Notes: generated by a model not told the origin, from the sequence alone. A stretch of 63,202 nt of DNA, filler included, from Globobulimina sp. (GCA_003354225.1; 56 parts of 56 records of this genome joined end to end with filler, not necessarily neighbours in it); one strand, 5' to 3'; positions 10,180 to 23,751 are shown, numbered from the whole stretch's first letter. A program made the numbers and translations.

Positions 10180-11037
10180 ATAGACATAAAAAATGAATTG
10201 ATTGCAGTGAATGGTAAGCGGTGCTCATCGGAAATAGTATTTGTCGCAGCATTCAAACACATTCATGAAATATCTAACAAATATTTGAAAAAACAGAAAC
10301 TCAAAGTAAAAGATGAGGAAATTCAATTTATAATCACAGTGCCTGCCATATGGAACGACGAAGCAAAGAATAAAATGAAATCTTGGGCAGTAAAATCCGG
10401 ATTAATTAATAAAAATATTGACAATCAATGTAAGATTGTTTATGAACCGGACTGTGCTGCTCTGGCGATTTTATATCACATGAAACAAATAAACAATCCA
10501 AACTATGCCAGCACTAAAAAAAAGAGCAAACAGTCACAACCAACAGAAATGAAAGATGTTGAGCCATTGGAGGAGGAATTTAAAATTGGAGAGAAATATA
10601 TTTTGGTTGATGCTGGCGGCGGTACTGTCGATGTAGCGGTCCATGAAGTTGTGGGTGAGTTTGCTATCAAAGAAGCACATCATCCATCCGGTGGAAAGTG
10701 GGGAAGTACGTATATCGATGATCAATATATCAAATTATTGGCAGCAATATTTAGTGAGGAATGGATGAACGAATTCAAGTCACAAGAACCAAACATTTAT
10801 GTTGAGATAATACATAATTTCCAACAAGCAAAAGCCTCATTTTGTTCAAAGAAGAATAGTCATAATGTTGAATTACCATTTTCTTTTTTGGGATTCATTG
10901 AAGAAAAGTTATCAGAAAGTAAGTGGAAGGACGAACAGGGCCAACTTGAACAGGGAGAATATACAGAGTTTTTTATTAACAGTACAGAGATTTATGGAGG
11001 GAAAAAGTTAGGAAATATGTTGATATTTTTATATTAA
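10180..11037 (+). CDS. HSPA12-type atypical Hsp70, partial
   Basis: IITVPAIWND, EPDCAA, LVDAGGGTVD, SGGKWGSTYIDD. Confidence 0.85.
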   Translation: MDIKNELIAVNGKRCSSEIVFVAAFKHIHEISNKYLKKQKLKVKDEEIQFIITVPAIWNDEAKNKMKSWAVKSGLINKNIDNQCKIVYEPDCAALAILYHMKQINNPNYASTKKKSKQSQPTEMKDVEPLEEEFKIGEKYILVDAGGGTVDVAVHEVVGEFAIKEAHHPSGGKWGSTYIDDQYIKLLAAIFSEEWMNEFKSQEPNIYVEIIHNFQQAKASFCSKKNSHNVELPFSFLGFIEEKLSESKWKDEQGQLEQGEYTEFFINSTEIYGGKKLGNMLIFLY

Positions 11038-11593
11038 AGTTTTTGTAACAATGAATTAATCTATTTTTTAAGTGGGATATCGATCGATGGAGAACAATTA
11101 GGAATCCATGTACCGTAGAATGGGTTTCAATTGTACATGTAATTTTCGACAAAATGTTTTGTTCGCTCATCCTCATTTCGTGAAAACCAATATTGGTATT
11201 TTACGAATGTNNNNNNNNNNNNNNNNNNNNNNNNNNNNNNNNNNNNNNNNNNNNTTAATTAATTAANNNNNNNNNNNNNNNNNNNNNNNNNNNNNNNNNN
11301 NNNNNNNNNNCATTCTTCAAGTTTTAAGGTTTTTAATAGTGCATAAAAACATATATCAAAAAAAAAGCTTAACAAACAATGTCAACAAGTAAAGCCTTGA
11401 AAGCAATGCAATTTTTCAAACCATTTGATGGATCCACAGCTCTTCATTGCAACCAAGAGAATGTGCTATATGTGCAACCTACATTATTTCGTTTTGGGTG
11501 TGCAAATTTACAGTAAATTTTAATTAATTTGTGGTACAAACTACAAACATATAATATTTATTTAGACAATCCGAGGACGAGGAACAGCACGAA

Positions 11594-12341
11594 ATGTGGC
11601 ATTGCATGTTTACAACTGAAAGGTTTATAATTTGTAAAGAAAATAATGAGGGGATGATAACCGATAGAAAACAATTACATTATGAAAATATTAAACATTT
11701 TAAATTGAAAAAGAATAAAAGATTTAAAAAATCAAACCTTCCATCGATTAAAGTGTATATCACTGAGAAAATAGTGGAAAATAATGAAAATGTGGAGGAG
11801 GATGATCCAGATTCAAATAGACCAAAAGTTATTTTCTCATTTAGAAATAATGAGTTTAGGGACAATTTCTATCAGAAAATGCTTGACATCATTGGACATA
11901 AAAGAAAAAATAATCATTTCTCTGAAACCGAAACAGAAAACGAATGTAATCCAATCATTTTCAATTATGACTTATATAATACCTTAGCGACAATTATTAA
12001 ACGACAAGACATTTACAACCAATACTTAGCAATGAAAGGCAATGACGCTTTGGAACCATTTCGTTTTTTAAATGTAGTAAAGTATCAAGCTCAGGAAATG
12101 GTGAATATATCATCTAAAATCTCATATGTTCATAAATTGTCATCCGATGATATCAAACACATTTATGCGTATTATAAAACAAAACAAGATAATTTTGAGA
12201 TTCGTAATAATCGCAAACAATGGTTTATAAATTGTTATATCGCCACATTATTATTTAATGAGTATTTCCCTGTCGTCGGGATCTCAAATATTAGTGAAGA
12301 AATCAAGTGGTGTTGGATCAAAGAGCTCTGCCGATCGTCCA
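11594..12341 (+). CDS. Hypothetical protein (possible PH-like fold), exon following an intron
   Basis: Long open frame; no firm family. Confidence 0.35.
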
Positions 12342-12480
12342 NNNNNNNNNNNNNNNNNNNNNNNNNNNNNNNNNNNNNNNNNNNNTTAATTAATTAANNN
12401 NNNNNNNNNNNNNNNNNNNNNNNNNNNNNNNNNNNNNNNNNTGCATAAAATATTGCATATTAAACACAAATTAAAAATAG

Positions 12481-13257
12481 CAACACCCAAATCTTCCCAT
12501 TTTGCATTTGCTTTGGATGATGGCCTCCATTTTATTGATCCAAACACATTCAAATATATTATCATCGGCGGGAAAGCGGTGAATTGCGAATCTGGTGAAA
12601 AAAGCAGATTTTTTGGCTTTGATGATAGTGTGGTTTCCGTCAATTTTTTGGCATTTGGTGTTGCAATATTTTGGAGAGCCAGAGAATGGCGGTTGGAGTG
12701 GCATACATTGTGAAGGAAATGTGTACAAAATGATATTTACGGTGTTTATGTGGGATATAATATTCTCAGACATTCCATATGTCTTTCAAACAAAATATCA
12801 GAATGCCCCGCTTGATATAAATACAGAATGGTTTTATTTGAATAGGAAGCAATTAATTGAGAAACGTGTCAATGCATTGCATGCGTTTAGTAATCAGGAT
12901 ATTGAGCAAATTGTAAAGGAAATTTATGCACAGCATTATGGGGAAAATGTGCTGGGTATTTATTGGAATAGGTTTGATTTGAATGAGTTTATTGATATTT
13001 GTAAAGGAATCGGCGGATATGGCATTGGAGAGATTTGTTTGTTGTTGGCAAAGAATTATAGGTTTTGGGGCAGTGGTTTGCCAGATTTGTTGTTGTGGAG
13101 AAAAGTAAAGCATAGTAATGAGGAATTTGAATGTAAGATTGTTGAGGTCAAAGGACCGAGAGATCATTTGTCGGAAAAACAAAATTGTTGGATTCTATAC
13201 TTAGAGAAATATGCCAAATTAGATGTGTGTGTTGCCAAAATTAAAGAAGAGTTTTGA
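12481..13257 (+). CDS. FAN1: Fanconi-associated nuclease 1, C-terminal VRR-NUC region; frameshift near 12645
   Basis: GKAVNCESGEKSRFFG, then LVLQYF..GWSGIHCEG, FQTKYQNAPLD, SGLPDLLLW, VEVKGPRDHLSEKQ. Confidence 0.9.
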
Positions 13258-13281
13258 GCCTTAGTCCTCAACTTCAAAACA

Positions 13282-13472
13282 ATGTGGTTGGTTATAGCTC
13301 CTTTCTTGTTTACTTATTACACATGCATTGTTCACGTATCCGTGTCGAGCCACGACCAAATATAATCATTATCTATACTGATAATCAAGACTTAATGCTT
13401 GGAAGTCCAGATTTTATGCCAATTTTACAATCACAAATTGTATCAAATGGAAAAACATTTTCCAATGCATTT
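13282..13472 (+). CDS. Sulfatase N-terminus (N-acetylglucosamine-6-sulfatase-like), partial; likely frameshift in the signal peptide
   Basis: RPNIIIIYTDNQDLMLGS...GKTFSNAF. Confidence 0.75.
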
Positions 13473-13572
13473 NNNNNNNNNNNNNNNNNNNNNNNNNNNN
13501 NNNNNNNNNNNNNNNNTTAATTAATTAANNNNNNNNNNNNNNNNNNNNNNNNNNNNNNNNNNNNNNNNNNNN

Positions 13573-14233
13573 AACATTTTAACTCCTCAATCAAAATATG
13601 ATATTGGTTCAATTCTTTACCTGTTAATATATTTTCAACTTTATTTTTATTTTTAATTTGTTGTAATTTATTAGAAATAATTTGATCAATTGATGGAATG
13701 TTACTATTCAGTGATAATTTATAATTACAAATATTATTATTATATTGAATATATTCTGTCATTGAACATAATGAAATAATCCATGAGACACACACATTTT
13801 TTAATGGCCAACATTCGTCGTATTGTAAATATGTAAATATATTGCATAAGACATCATTGTTAATTCTATAAATTGCCGCTCGTAAATAATTATTGTTCAT
13901 TTCAGTACTTTTTATTTTCGTTATTTGTTCGTTACTCGTATTGTTCAAAATGTTGTACAATTTTTCATGTTGAATTATCGTTAAATTGTTTGGTTTTTGC
14001 AATATACTCAATAATAAAGTTTTGAATGTTGATATTGAGATTATATGATGATAGTTTGCATCATTCATTGCAATTTGATAAATCCTTTTCATTGTTAATT
14101 CCGATGATTTTCGTATGAAAACAGAGACGCTGCCAAATATCCCAATGATCGCACAGCGGCGTCTTGATAATACGTCATCGTTCATTGCTGTCAGTGACCG
14201 CCGATTTGATAGCCACAAACAAAGTGAATCCAT
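13573..14233 (-). CDS. Hypothetical protein with a possible F-box-like segment
   Basis: RINNDVLCNIFTYL...LKNVCVSW. Confidence 0.4.
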
Positions 14234-14913
14234 GGTAGAAAAAGTGAAATAACAAAAAATGGAAATCTTTATAGCTCAGAAAGAAACCACTGAACGAACT
14301 GAGACAACTGATCCAGTTTCTGAAAACAATCTACCATAGGTATCGCATATGTATCCCATATGAATCTCAGATGTATTTTGATATATCGAGATATATATGG
14401 GATAAATATGGAATATCTCAACACCATTATTTAAATCAATATTACGGATATACAGAGGTGTTCCGGATAAGATGTAATTTAGGATCACATGTTGCCATGT
14501 TTCAAATGTATTACTCACTATGAATATTTTAAATGTTTGGAAAAACTTCAAAAAACCTTCAAAACTCACCCTTTTCTACACAATTAATCCTCCCTATTTT
14601 CGCNNNNNNNNNNNNNNNNNNNNNNNNNNNNNNNNNNNNNNNNNNNNTTAATTAATTAANNNNNNNNNNNNNNNNNNNNNNNNNNNNNNNNNNNNNNNNN
14701 NNNATTAACGATAGTATTCGATGAGGGTTATGTACCGTTTTACCGGCTGCCCAGAATATGACCTGATGGACAACGGTTCACAACTCTAATTCGCACTCAT
14801 CCATAGTTTATTAGAATAGAAAAACAGGTAATATATATATAAATAAAACAAGAAGATAATAAGAAGAGCAATGAACAAAAACAAGTCTAAGTCGAAATAT
14901 ACAAGCGGCTAAA

Positions 14914-15411
14914 TTATACATCGTGAACGTCTTTATGACTGCAAATGTCTGCACGAGAGACGCAAGTGTAATCGCAACGATTACACTCGAAATGTCCCGC
15001 ACGAGGGGGCGGATTGGGGGCATCGCTGTGATTGATGTGCGAATGCCGTATCAAGTCCGTATAGCAACGGTAAAATGCGCCGCAAAGGGGGCAAGTGTGT
15101 TCTTTTGCAACGCCGTAAAAATGCGTATGAAATCGGCCGACCCGACACTTAGGAAGACTGAACTCGGGCGGCGTAACGGCTTCCGGAGGGCGCATTGAAT
15201 GGATAGGCAGCGGGAGGCCTGCTGCCGGAGGCGGAGAATCGACCGGTTCTTCCATAGGGCACTCGCTGATGACGAAAGGGAGCGAGGCGGCTACCGGCGG
15301 AGGCGGGGAATCGGCTTCTTCCAAATCCGAAGGACAATCCGAGATGACGAAAGGCAACGGCTCGGCCACGGGCAAAAATATGGGCGGAGTAGGAGCTATC
15401 TCGCGCGCCAT
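14914..15411 (-). CDS. C2H2 zinc-finger protein, last exon (GC-richer, probably animal)
   Basis: CPLC-x12-HSHINH and CNRC-x12-HKDVH; duplicated LPFVISxCP segment. Confidence 0.65.
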   Translation of the reverse strand: MAREIAPTPPIFLPVAEPLPFVISDCPSDLEEADSPPPPVAASLPFVISECPMEEPVDSPPPAAGLPLPIHSMRPPEAVTPPEFSLPKCRVGRFHTHFYGVAKEHTCPLCGAFYRCYTDLIRHSHINHSDAPNPPPRAGHFECNRCDYTCVSRADICSHKDVHDV

Positions 15412-16627
15412 AACGGGAGAAGACGGAGGGGCGTTGCCGAGACCGACCGAGGCTTTTGACTTATGTCCTAAAAAAAACGGGTATTAATAACGCGTACGTC
15501 GAATTGGAGGAAAAAAAAACCTACCACGAACGACTTTACTGCAATCGCTAAAACTCTGCTTAGCAGCCAAGAAGCGGGAAAATTTGGTGCACTAAAATAA
15601 CAATCGAGTCATACGTATATATGTAAAAAATGCTATAATTGTACCATTTCGCAAGTGCAATCCCGAAAGGCGCAGGCGTGATCCACACCTTTGCCGATAT
15701 CCAGACTATGAATGCGGCACAGTTCGCAGAAGCCNNNNNNNNNNNNNNNNNNNNNNNNNNNNNNNNNNNNNNNNNNNNTTAATTAATTAANNNNNNNNNN
15801 NNNNNNNNNNNNNNNNNNNNNNNNNNNNNNNNNNAATTAGCATAATACACATTTGCACAACAATATGCAAATTTATATAAAAAGCGACAACTGTGTAATC
15901 TACGATATGTAAATATCGTCACCCCCGACAACAAAAGAATCGGAAAGTGACAAAAACAATAAATTAGTTTTTACAATACAATAATATAATCTACCATAAC
16001 TAACAGGAATTTAAAATATCATGGAATTAAAAGAAAAACCCATAAAATTGGGAAAAGAAAATTCCTAAGTTTAGAAAGAAAAAACCATAATAAATGGAAA
16101 AAGAAAACTAATACTAATTTTTAGAATTTAAAGAAAAACCCATAATAATGGGAAAAGAAATTTCTAATATAGAAAAGAAAAACCACATAATAATAACAAT
16201 AAAATATAATAATAATAATATTGTCTAATTCTAAATACATAATATAAATTAATATAAAAAATAATATAAAATAATTTTTGAACTTTTCGTTTTCCGGTCA
16301 GGACCTCCGCCACCAAAAGGTGTTGATTCCCATTGGATTTGAGTAGTTTGAGTGTCAACAGGGGTGCCTTATCGAAACCGTTTAGCCCCCGTTTTTCGCA
16401 GAGTTGTGAGGACACATTGTGCTGTTGTGGATGGCTAACTGGACCAACGGAGGGTGCCATATTGTGTTGTTTTAGATGTATTGCCGGAATGAGTGTGGTA
16501 GTCAAGTTTTGCTGTGGCTGATTTGCGGCAAGAACTGACTGTCTGATTGGCGGAAACTGTACCGCTGGCTGTGAGACCGGCGGAAACTGAACCGCTGAAT
16601 ACGTAGGAGGCGGATAAACGACCTCTG

Positions 16628-16788
16628 GCGGACTAGTCACCGCTGATTGAATTAGACTCGACCCAGTCATGGTTTGCACTTGCGGACTAGTTACCGCTGA
16701 TTGAATTTGACTCGGCACAGTCATGGCTTGTACTTGCGGACTAGTTACCGCTGATTGAATTTGAGTTTGACTTCTCGGCACAGTCATG
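16628..16788. repeat. Tandem repeat, 54-bp unit, about 3 copies (coding, SQIQSAVTSPQVQxMT on the minus strand)
   Basis: GCGGACTAG recurs at 16628, 16682 and 16736. Confidence 0.85.
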
Positions 16789-17086
16789 TTTATAGTCTGG
16801 GCTTGAGGAGACATTTTAGAAGCACCGAGACTGAGTCGCTTTGGTGCTTGTGAGACACCTTGTGCNNNNNNNNNNNNNNNNNNNNNNNNNNNNNNNNNNN
16901 NNNNNNNNNTTAATTAATTAANNNNNNNNNNNNNNNNNNNNNNNNNNNNNNNNNNNNNNNNNNNNGCCCCGTCATAAATAAATTTCGACCACCGTGTCAC
17001 CAGCGGTCGCCCGGGATAAACCTCAACCAACATTGTCACCAAGTCCCCTTTAGAAATAAATATATGAGTACCCGCCACCCGCCAAT

Positions 17087-17383
17087 AGACGGGTCACCCA
17101 AGGTACATTAGCTATACGCAGTTTTCTAGTTGAATAACTTTTTAATATATGTTCAAATGTCGAACTCCTACTTAAGCTACCTACTAATATTATTATATGA
17201 TCCCTTGACAGGTCCACCATATGATTTAACTAATATATATATGTATGAGTAGATAATGTTTCCCATAAGTGTAGGTCAGTTAGAAAGTAGGTCGCATAAG
17301 TAGGAGTTCGGCACGGGATCATATATTAAAAAAGTTACTCAACTAGAAAACTGTCTACAGCTAATGTACCGGGTGACCCGTCT
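17087..17383. mobile_element. MITE/foldback-like element with ~95-bp imperfect terminal inverted repeats
   Basis: AGACGGGTCACCC..GGTACATTAGCT..CAGTTTTCTAGTTGA..TAACTTTTTAATATATG..CGAACTCCTACTTA mirrored at the right end. Confidence 0.75.
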
Positions 17384-17504
17384 GCTTTCTCCAGACATGT
17401 AATACATATATTATCTAATTTTTTGGATTTGTAAATTGCATTGTTGGCGCTCCAAAATATTAATGGATTTTACTTAGACATTGTTGATTATTATGGAATG
17501 AATC

Positions 17505-17930
17505 ATGAATATGTTGCAACATTTTCAAATTAAATATGATAAAGTTGAAGATACAGACGTTAATATGCAGACAATCTCAGCTTCAACGAAGTTAGTTCGT
17601 TATGAGGATTTTTCTGAATGTATAATAAATATTACTCAATCAGCTGTGGGTAAAGCAAATGATTTGGATTGGATTTTAAAACTGAAAAAAATATATTATA
17701 CATTTGATGTTGTTGAAATTAGGGTAAATTATGCATGTTTGATGCGTGATATATTGGCATTGTTGCATGTGAATTTAGAGAGAGATGCAATGGAAGAGAA
17801 GGTAGAAGATGCAGTGTCAAATGCATTGCAAGCATTTGATTTATGGCATGAAAAATTATCACTTTTGAGCGCTGATACAAACGCAAAAGGTGTTTATGTT
17901 CGTTTTGATTTGATCTGCATTCTGCATTAA
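17505..17930 (+). CDS. Hypothetical protein
   Basis: 141-aa ORF; no family recognised. Confidence 0.3.
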   Translation: MNMLQHFQIKYDKVEDTDVNMQTISASTKLVRYEDFSECIINITQSAVGKANDLDWILKLKKIYYTFDVVEIRVNYACLMRDILALLHVNLERDAMEEKVEDAVSNALQAFDLWHEKLSLLSADTNAKGVYVRFDLICILH

Positions 17931-18096
17931 AAATGTTAAAGAAATGGTGATAAACGAAAATGCAATGCAATCATAATGAACTGATTTTTAGAATGANNNN
18001 NNNNNNNNNNNNNNNNNNNNNNNNNNNNNNNNNNNNNNNNTTAATTAATTAANNNNNNNNNNNNNNNNNNNNNNNNNNNNNNNNNNNNNNNNNNNN

Positions 18097-19127
18097 AGAA
18101 ATCGGATGGCTATCAAATACATCAAATATATCAACTTGTTCACCCTCATCGGCATCGTCTTCCTCGTCCTCGTCAACTAGCTCTACAGTGCAGTCATTAC
18201 AGTCCACGCCACACAAACAACATATTATAAGTGAGAATGACAACGAACTGGCAGAATCATCTCAATGTTCATCAATTGTTGATTTTACCTCCGGATCCAT
18301 TCGAAATGCATCAAATGTTCACGTTTTATCTTTGCCCTTTGGTATGAATCAGTTGTTATGGTTATTATTGAGATGTTGTCCAAGCAAAGAATTTTTAACT
18401 TTGCTGCAGCAAAATAAACAAATAATCACTTTATTATTAGACATTGTAATGAACAAAAATCGCATCTCAAATATATCGCCAATTTCAAAAATATTAGCAA
18501 TCAAAATGTTAATATGGATATTACCAACCATGAACCCACAAAACATTAAAATCAAATCGCAAGAGTTTGAATATAATGCATTTTTTGAAAACATATTTGA
18601 AGAAATTGGCGAAAGTGATTACTATTCGTTCGATAAACTGAATGAATGTCCATTAAAAAAGGAGGAAAATCGCATAAAGAATGATATTTGTTTAGAATTG
18701 TTATATTTAATTCGTGTATTATTTCAAAATAGTAACTGGACCGCAATCATTGAAAACATCTGTTTTCGAATATTATCCATTCCATTTAATAAATGTGACG
18801 ATGTCACAATGAATTCACCAACACCTCACTCCACTAAATCTGCTCCAAACTCTTCAATGTGTGCCTCGAATAAATCAAGTCCTCTTTGTTCGAGTAAAGG
18901 TAGTCTTCGCTCCTCAGATAACGATGACGACGATGAAAAATTTGAATTACAAAATATATGCGAATTAGTGGAAACGCCATGTGGTTCCCCATCAGTTCCA
19001 TCATTACCCATTTGCACGAAATTGTCATTTCAACAAAAAGATGACGAAAAAGAAGCAAATCAATCCATGCATGGCCACCATCCACACGCAACAAACACAG
19101 CACGTACAGCCGCAGCGCATACCATCT
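18097..19127 (+). CDS. Internal fragment of a large helical protein
   Basis: Open frame across essentially the whole contig. Confidence 0.5.
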
Positions 19128-19960
19128 NNNNNNNNNNNNNNNNNNNNNNNNNNNNNNNNNNNNNNNNNNNNTTAATTAATTAANNNNNNNNNNNNNNNNN
19201 NNNNNNNNNNNNNNNNNNNNNNNNNNNCAACAGAACATGTACAACAAAAAAATGTTTACTTACTTCGGTCCGAAGTAGTCAGTTATGTCCGATTGATAAA
19301 CACAGCGTTTGCCATTTGGAAGGTTTTCATTTTCATAACCATAACAATACCATCTATAATCAGGGTCATAAGCATTGCATATCTCCCCAGGGTAGTGCAA
19401 GGTTCCACAGTTCTTAGTGCATGACGATTTCTTCATAGTCGGAGACGACATTACAAAAATCCAAATTGAAGCCTGAAATTTTGAGAAAAGCGGTCGGTCG
19501 GTATACATGAACGCTAATTGTTGTCTGTAGTAATTACTACAGTACACAGGCCCTACAAATGGAAGAGAATTTTACTCAATAATTTGTTTGCTCACTTGCT
19601 TCGGCCTCAAATCTGCAAAATATGTTTGTGTATTAGGTGTAATCTCTGGCCGAAGGCCAGAAGTTTTGCGAAAATCGGCGTTCTGAAAGCAAATTTCCCT
19701 GATTGGGGGATGAACTCCCTGATTGCGCTGCGCATGAACCCGGGAAACATTATATGTACATACTTAAAGCTATAAACAGGCCACCAAAAATTGACAGAAT
19801 CGCAAGAATCCAAACCAATAGAGTAAAAGCGCGCTTTAGTATACACTGTAATTGAACACAAATGATTTCAGGGGTAAAAATCATACCGCTTAGCGATTTT
19901 CTAAAGTTGAAAATCCTGACCAAAATCCCAATTTTTCCGACTTTATGTAATTAATTTTTT

Positions 19961-20088
19961 CAGAGGTCTTAGCGATTTCAGCCATTCAAAATTCATGACT
20001 TTTTCTGATGACTTCTCATGACTAAAATTTCAATTTTTCATGACTTTTCTCAAAATGTTCTAAATTTCATGACTCGCTAAGACCCCTG
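19961..20088. mobile_element. Small TIR element (hAT-like CAG ends)
   Basis: CAGAGGTCTTAGCGA ... TCGCTAAGACCCCTG (14/15 inverted match); internal TTCATGACT repeats. Confidence 0.45.
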
Positions 20089-20485
20089 TTTTTTGACTGA
20101 AAAATCACTTTTTACCTGGCCGAACCCCAGAATTTTTGCGAAAACTAAGTACGTATAATACACAAAAATAGACTTGCAGGGCGGAATCTGGACGAAGGGT
20201 CGAATTTTTGGGAAAATTCGTCACTCAATATTTTCGTAACATGGAGTTACTGGTGAGTNNNNNNNNNNNNNNNNNNNNNNNNNNNNNNNNNNNNNNNNNN
20301 NNTTAATTAATTAANNNNNNNNNNNNNNNNNNNNNNNNNNNNNNNNNNNNNNNNNNNNAGATGTTCCAAAGGGACAAGAATCACTTTTTAGAACGCTTGC
20401 AGCTAAAGCCCTTCGGTAGTAAACAGAAAAGTTTTTTCGAATGTTTAACCTCCGAACTTAAATGGCAGTAGTCTAATCTGGAAGC

Positions 20486-21389
20486 ATGTCATCTTTGCTA
20501 TTTTTGATCTTTTTTTTTCTGTATTACGCAGCATTTGGCAAAGAAAAGGATATTTACCATGTAATTACAGGAGAAGCAGAGACGCCACTTAAGAGAAATC
20601 TTGATCCAGTGTATTACGTTGGTGTTTATGATAAAAAGCCATTATCATTACCTTCAAAAGTTAAAACAACTCATCATAATGTATCTAGTTTCATATCCTC
20701 GCACATGCACACATTCCAATTATTTATACAGTATGAGATTGAACTGATGACTGCAGATTCAGGCAAAAGATTTACATGCATTATACCTAAAGATGACGGC
20801 TCAGCAAATACAAATAATGAAACCAGCAAAAAAGGAGCAGACTCTGACTCGGAAGAGACATTAATAACAAATAATAAACAACAAACTGAGCTGGAATCAG
20901 ACACAGAAATAGAAACAGAAACAGAAGAAGAAGAATATATGGATGACGAAGCAGAGCCAGTTAAAACAACGGAGGAATTATTACAAGAGGCAGACACATT
21001 GGATAACCGTGACCGCTACATCCAAGAATCCATAGTCCACTCTCAAAACCTTCCAAATCCCGCACCTAACCGAAAAAAAACAAAATCACGAAATTCCCAC
21101 TGTTATTTCTCTCGTGAAGGTTACTGGAATTATGAGCTCTGTCTCTATGACAAAATCAATCAATTTCATGGCATTAAAAACAAACGTGATCCAAATATAA
21201 AATTGGGTGATTTTACCGCTTATATCGATGTGTCGAAAATATTAATGAATGACGAACATTATCCTTACTTATATTTAAAAGACATTTATGGGCTGCCCTT
21301 ATTTGAAAACACTGAGAAAAACTTTGTCCATTTATTATACACTGCCGGTCACCATAAACGGCAATCTCTTGTCACCTTGCAATGTTCGA
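20486..21389 (+). CDS. OS-9/ERLEC1-type ER lectin (MRH domain), partial; probable short intron near 20682-20732
   Basis: Signal peptide, GKRFTCIIP, CYFSREGYWNYELCLYDKINQFH. Confidence 0.85.
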
Positions 21390-21508
21390 NNNNNNNNNNN
21401 NNNNNNNNNNNNNNNNNNNNNNNNNNNNNNNNNTTAATTAATTAANNNNNNNNNNNNNNNNNNNNNNNNNNNNNNNNNNNNNNNNNNNNTATTTCTTATT
21501 TTCCCCCT

Positions 21509-22520
21509 TTGTTTTTTTACAATTCCGATGATAAAAAACTCTCACAATCCTGCTTTGTATTGCTATATGTTTCAAACAGTAATAATTGGGCTATATTTGA
21601 CAGAATCGCTGTTAATTCGGATGACATCTTAAGTTTTGCAGAATGTGTGTCGTATTTACAAGAACTTAATAAAATAACTGAAGTTCACATTGATTTAATA
21701 ACCACCATCACTCAACAAATCATAGTTCATTATGGAGTTGAAATTGAAGAAAATGAATTAAACTCTTTATTTTTACAATATGCTGCGATATTTTTGTATT
21801 TTGAAGAATTTGATCATGATTTAAATGGATTTATCAATAAAAATGATTACTTAGAGATCTCTGCACGAAATCAATTCAATGCCATTGATCTCAACAAAGA
21901 TTATAAAATCACGCCGGGTGAATTAAGCATTGTATTATACGGCGATTTATCCACCGACTATTCATGGACGAGTAAATTGAAAAATATTTTCGGAGAAAAT
22001 TATGAAAATGTAATGCATGCATTAGAAACAACTGAGGCAACTCCTGAAATCGTTGAAAGTGTATCGCTAAACTTGCAAATATCACCAGTCCAAATTAATA
22101 ATATTGCAAATAGCATGCAACAAAACAACACATTAAAAGATGCCAATAAACAACATATTTGTTTTAGAAATAATTATTGTTATTTTTCATATTTTGGTGC
22201 AGACACTAAAGACACAAAACATATTTTTTATCCACCAGTTATTCATGAAATATTTGATCCCATTTTGCCAAATAATAAATTGCATACAGAAGAAGAAAAT
22301 GACAGAATCAAAGAAGCTCAAAATATATGTAATCAGCAAAATTGTTGTCGTGAAGACGATGATAAATTATATGCGTCCAATCCACAGCAATCAGCATGTC
22401 CAACCCTTGATTATTTACAATGTTTATCGCCTGAAAACGAATGTGTTTGGGATTGTTTATTACCGCAAGAAAATAATGACAATGCTATACATTTTAAACG
22501 TGTATTTAAAGGCATTGATC
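21509..22520 (+). CDS. EF-hand calcium-binding protein with a Cys-rich region, partial
   Basis: FDHDLNGFINKND and IDLNKDYKITPGEL loops. Confidence 0.7.
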
Positions 22521-22620
22521 NNNNNNNNNNNNNNNNNNNNNNNNNNNNNNNNNNNNNNNNNNNNTTAATTAATTAANNNNNNNNNNNNNNNNNNNNNNNN
22601 NNNNNNNNNNNNNNNNNNNN

Positions 22621-23276
22621 TTATTATTATTTGCATGCACTAGTACTGCTTCTTTGCTTTCATCCGAATTGTTTGAGTTAGTGACGGATGAATTTGTGCA
22701 ATTTATACAATATTTTGAGGCACGCTGTTCTGTGCCACAACGCATACAACGAACGTATTTGGTGGAATATCTATTAATTTGATGTGGTTTATAATTGTTG
22801 TCATTGGCGTAGCCATTATTTGTGTTTGATTGTGCGAGGTCTTCATTGTTTTCATCATGGCAAAACCGACAGACATACCATTTATTACAACATTCGGCTC
22901 GCAACCAACAATTTCGTGCATAATGAGTACATCCAAATATTCCATTTTGTTCATTATGATAAGATATTTCTATTTCATTATTTAAGTTTGAATCTTTGTT
23001 TTGTTGCAATTGGTTTTGATGATTATGATTATGAATATTGTTGTTATTATTTTCTTGATGATGTTTATAATTGTCGTTGTTTGCATTAATATTTTCGTTT
23101 TGTTGTATCTGATGTATATTTGCGTGGTGTTGTTGTTGTTGTTGTTGATGGACATGGAATGAATCATGATGATCCTCGTTATTATGTGTATCAACATCCC
23201 ATTGTGTTATTTGTGTATCATCTACTTCAAGAATGGCAATTTGTGCCATACCAATGGTCTGAACTATGGTTTTCAA
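22621..23276 (-). CDS. CHY zinc-finger protein (RCHY1/Pirh2-like), partial
   Basis: GCTHYARNCWLRAECCNKWYVCRFCHDE...HQINR..CMRCGTEQRASKYCINC. Confidence 0.9.
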
Positions 23277-23751
23277 AATAGTCTGTTTCAGTGATTCAGA
23301 TTCGACTCAAGTTAAAGTCGACCACCACAATGAAAATAGCCCATAGTTCATTTGGTCCATCATCATATGGGAAGATTACTGATTAGTGTTAGGATAAAGA
23401 CATAATTGAGATTATGAAGCAGATGTTTTATACATTGTATTAAGTGATTATGAGATAAAATACTAAAATTAGGCAGTTGCTACTTCCAAATATTAAAATA
23501 AAGTGAATAATAATTAAATTAAATTAATAATTAATGGCAAGTTTAGCAGAAGCAGTAGGCGGTGTATCTTTGCATACGGAGGCAAAATCAATTCGAGATT
23601 GGCAATCAGTCTGTGATCATGTCATAAAACGTTTGAATGGCATTACAATTGNNNNNNNNNNNNNNNNNNNNNNNNNNNNNNNNNNNNNNNNNNNNTTAAT
23701 TAATTAANNNNNNNNNNNNNNNNNNNNNNNNNNNNNNNNNNNNNNNNNNNN

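Noticed and set aside
16025-16195. Repeated AAAGAAAAACCCATAA units
   Set aside because: Degenerate low-complexity minisatellite
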